Source of the DNA: Eledone cirrhosa
Taxonomy: Eukaryota
DNA: 64,000 bases
Assembly: GCA_964016885.1 (NCBI GenBank)
Contig: OZ024741.1
Coordinates: 240,932,001 to 240,996,000, forward strand
Direction of reading: 5' to 3'
Below, one piece after another: positions 63,601 to 64,000 of this stretch. The notes beneath the pieces are model-generated. The model was not told where the DNA came from and searched no databases. It saw only the letters and a list, made by a program, of their open reading frames with translations. Numbering within the stretch: position 1 is the stretch's first letter; each line of letters starts with the position of its first letter. The position numbers and the translations under genes were made by a program.

Positions 63601-64000
63601 GGCTAGAACTTGTAGGCAGACTGTCTAGCAAGGTTGTATTTGGAATTTATATCATACACAGGATTACATCAGTTGTTGCGTGTATATATTTGAGGTGAAC
63701 AGTTTCTGAAGACTGTTGTTGTTATTGTAGCTCTTGTTATTGTTGCTGTTGTTGCTCTTGTTGTTTAGATCCAGATCATACCTGACTGGGCAGAATTATG
63801 CTCAAAGGAATTCCAGCTATGACTATCTTGTATTTTAAAGATATCTAGAACTACATTATATAAAGAATACTTGCCATTTTTAGTAGAGTGGAGTGTGAAT
63901 CGAGGGAAATCTAGGCTGTTATTTCTAACTGTGTGAGCCAGTAAAATAGATGAATTTGATAGATACTTAATTGGTCTCCAAGGTGTTGATATCCAAATGA

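Overview
AT-rich eukaryotic (animal) genomic DNA, almost entirely repetitive. The SINE/LINE families and the (TA)n/(CA)n/(ACC)n load suggest an octopod cephalopod (inference from repeat style). No host protein-coding gene can be supported; nearly all track ORFs are translations of simple repeats. Recognisable content: Penelope-like element (PLE) remnants (a stop-free RT fragment at 29216-29885 and GIY-YIG fragments), RTE and CR1/L2 LINE fragments, two tRNA-derived SINE families, piggyBac-like and mariner-like MITEs, a Helitron-like end next to a 4-kb CpG-rich 16-bp satellite, an 8.7-kb 33-bp (GGT-based) array and several minisatellites. The most striking unexplained structure is a population of short modules embedded in (TA)n tracts that carry minimal type I hammerhead ribozyme cores (CTGA[T/A]GA-stem-GAAA-palindrome-UH, then AATAAA). 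Several of these modules are folded into near-perfect 230-400 bp palindromes. All coordinates and pairings were read by eye; repeat boundaries are approximate.
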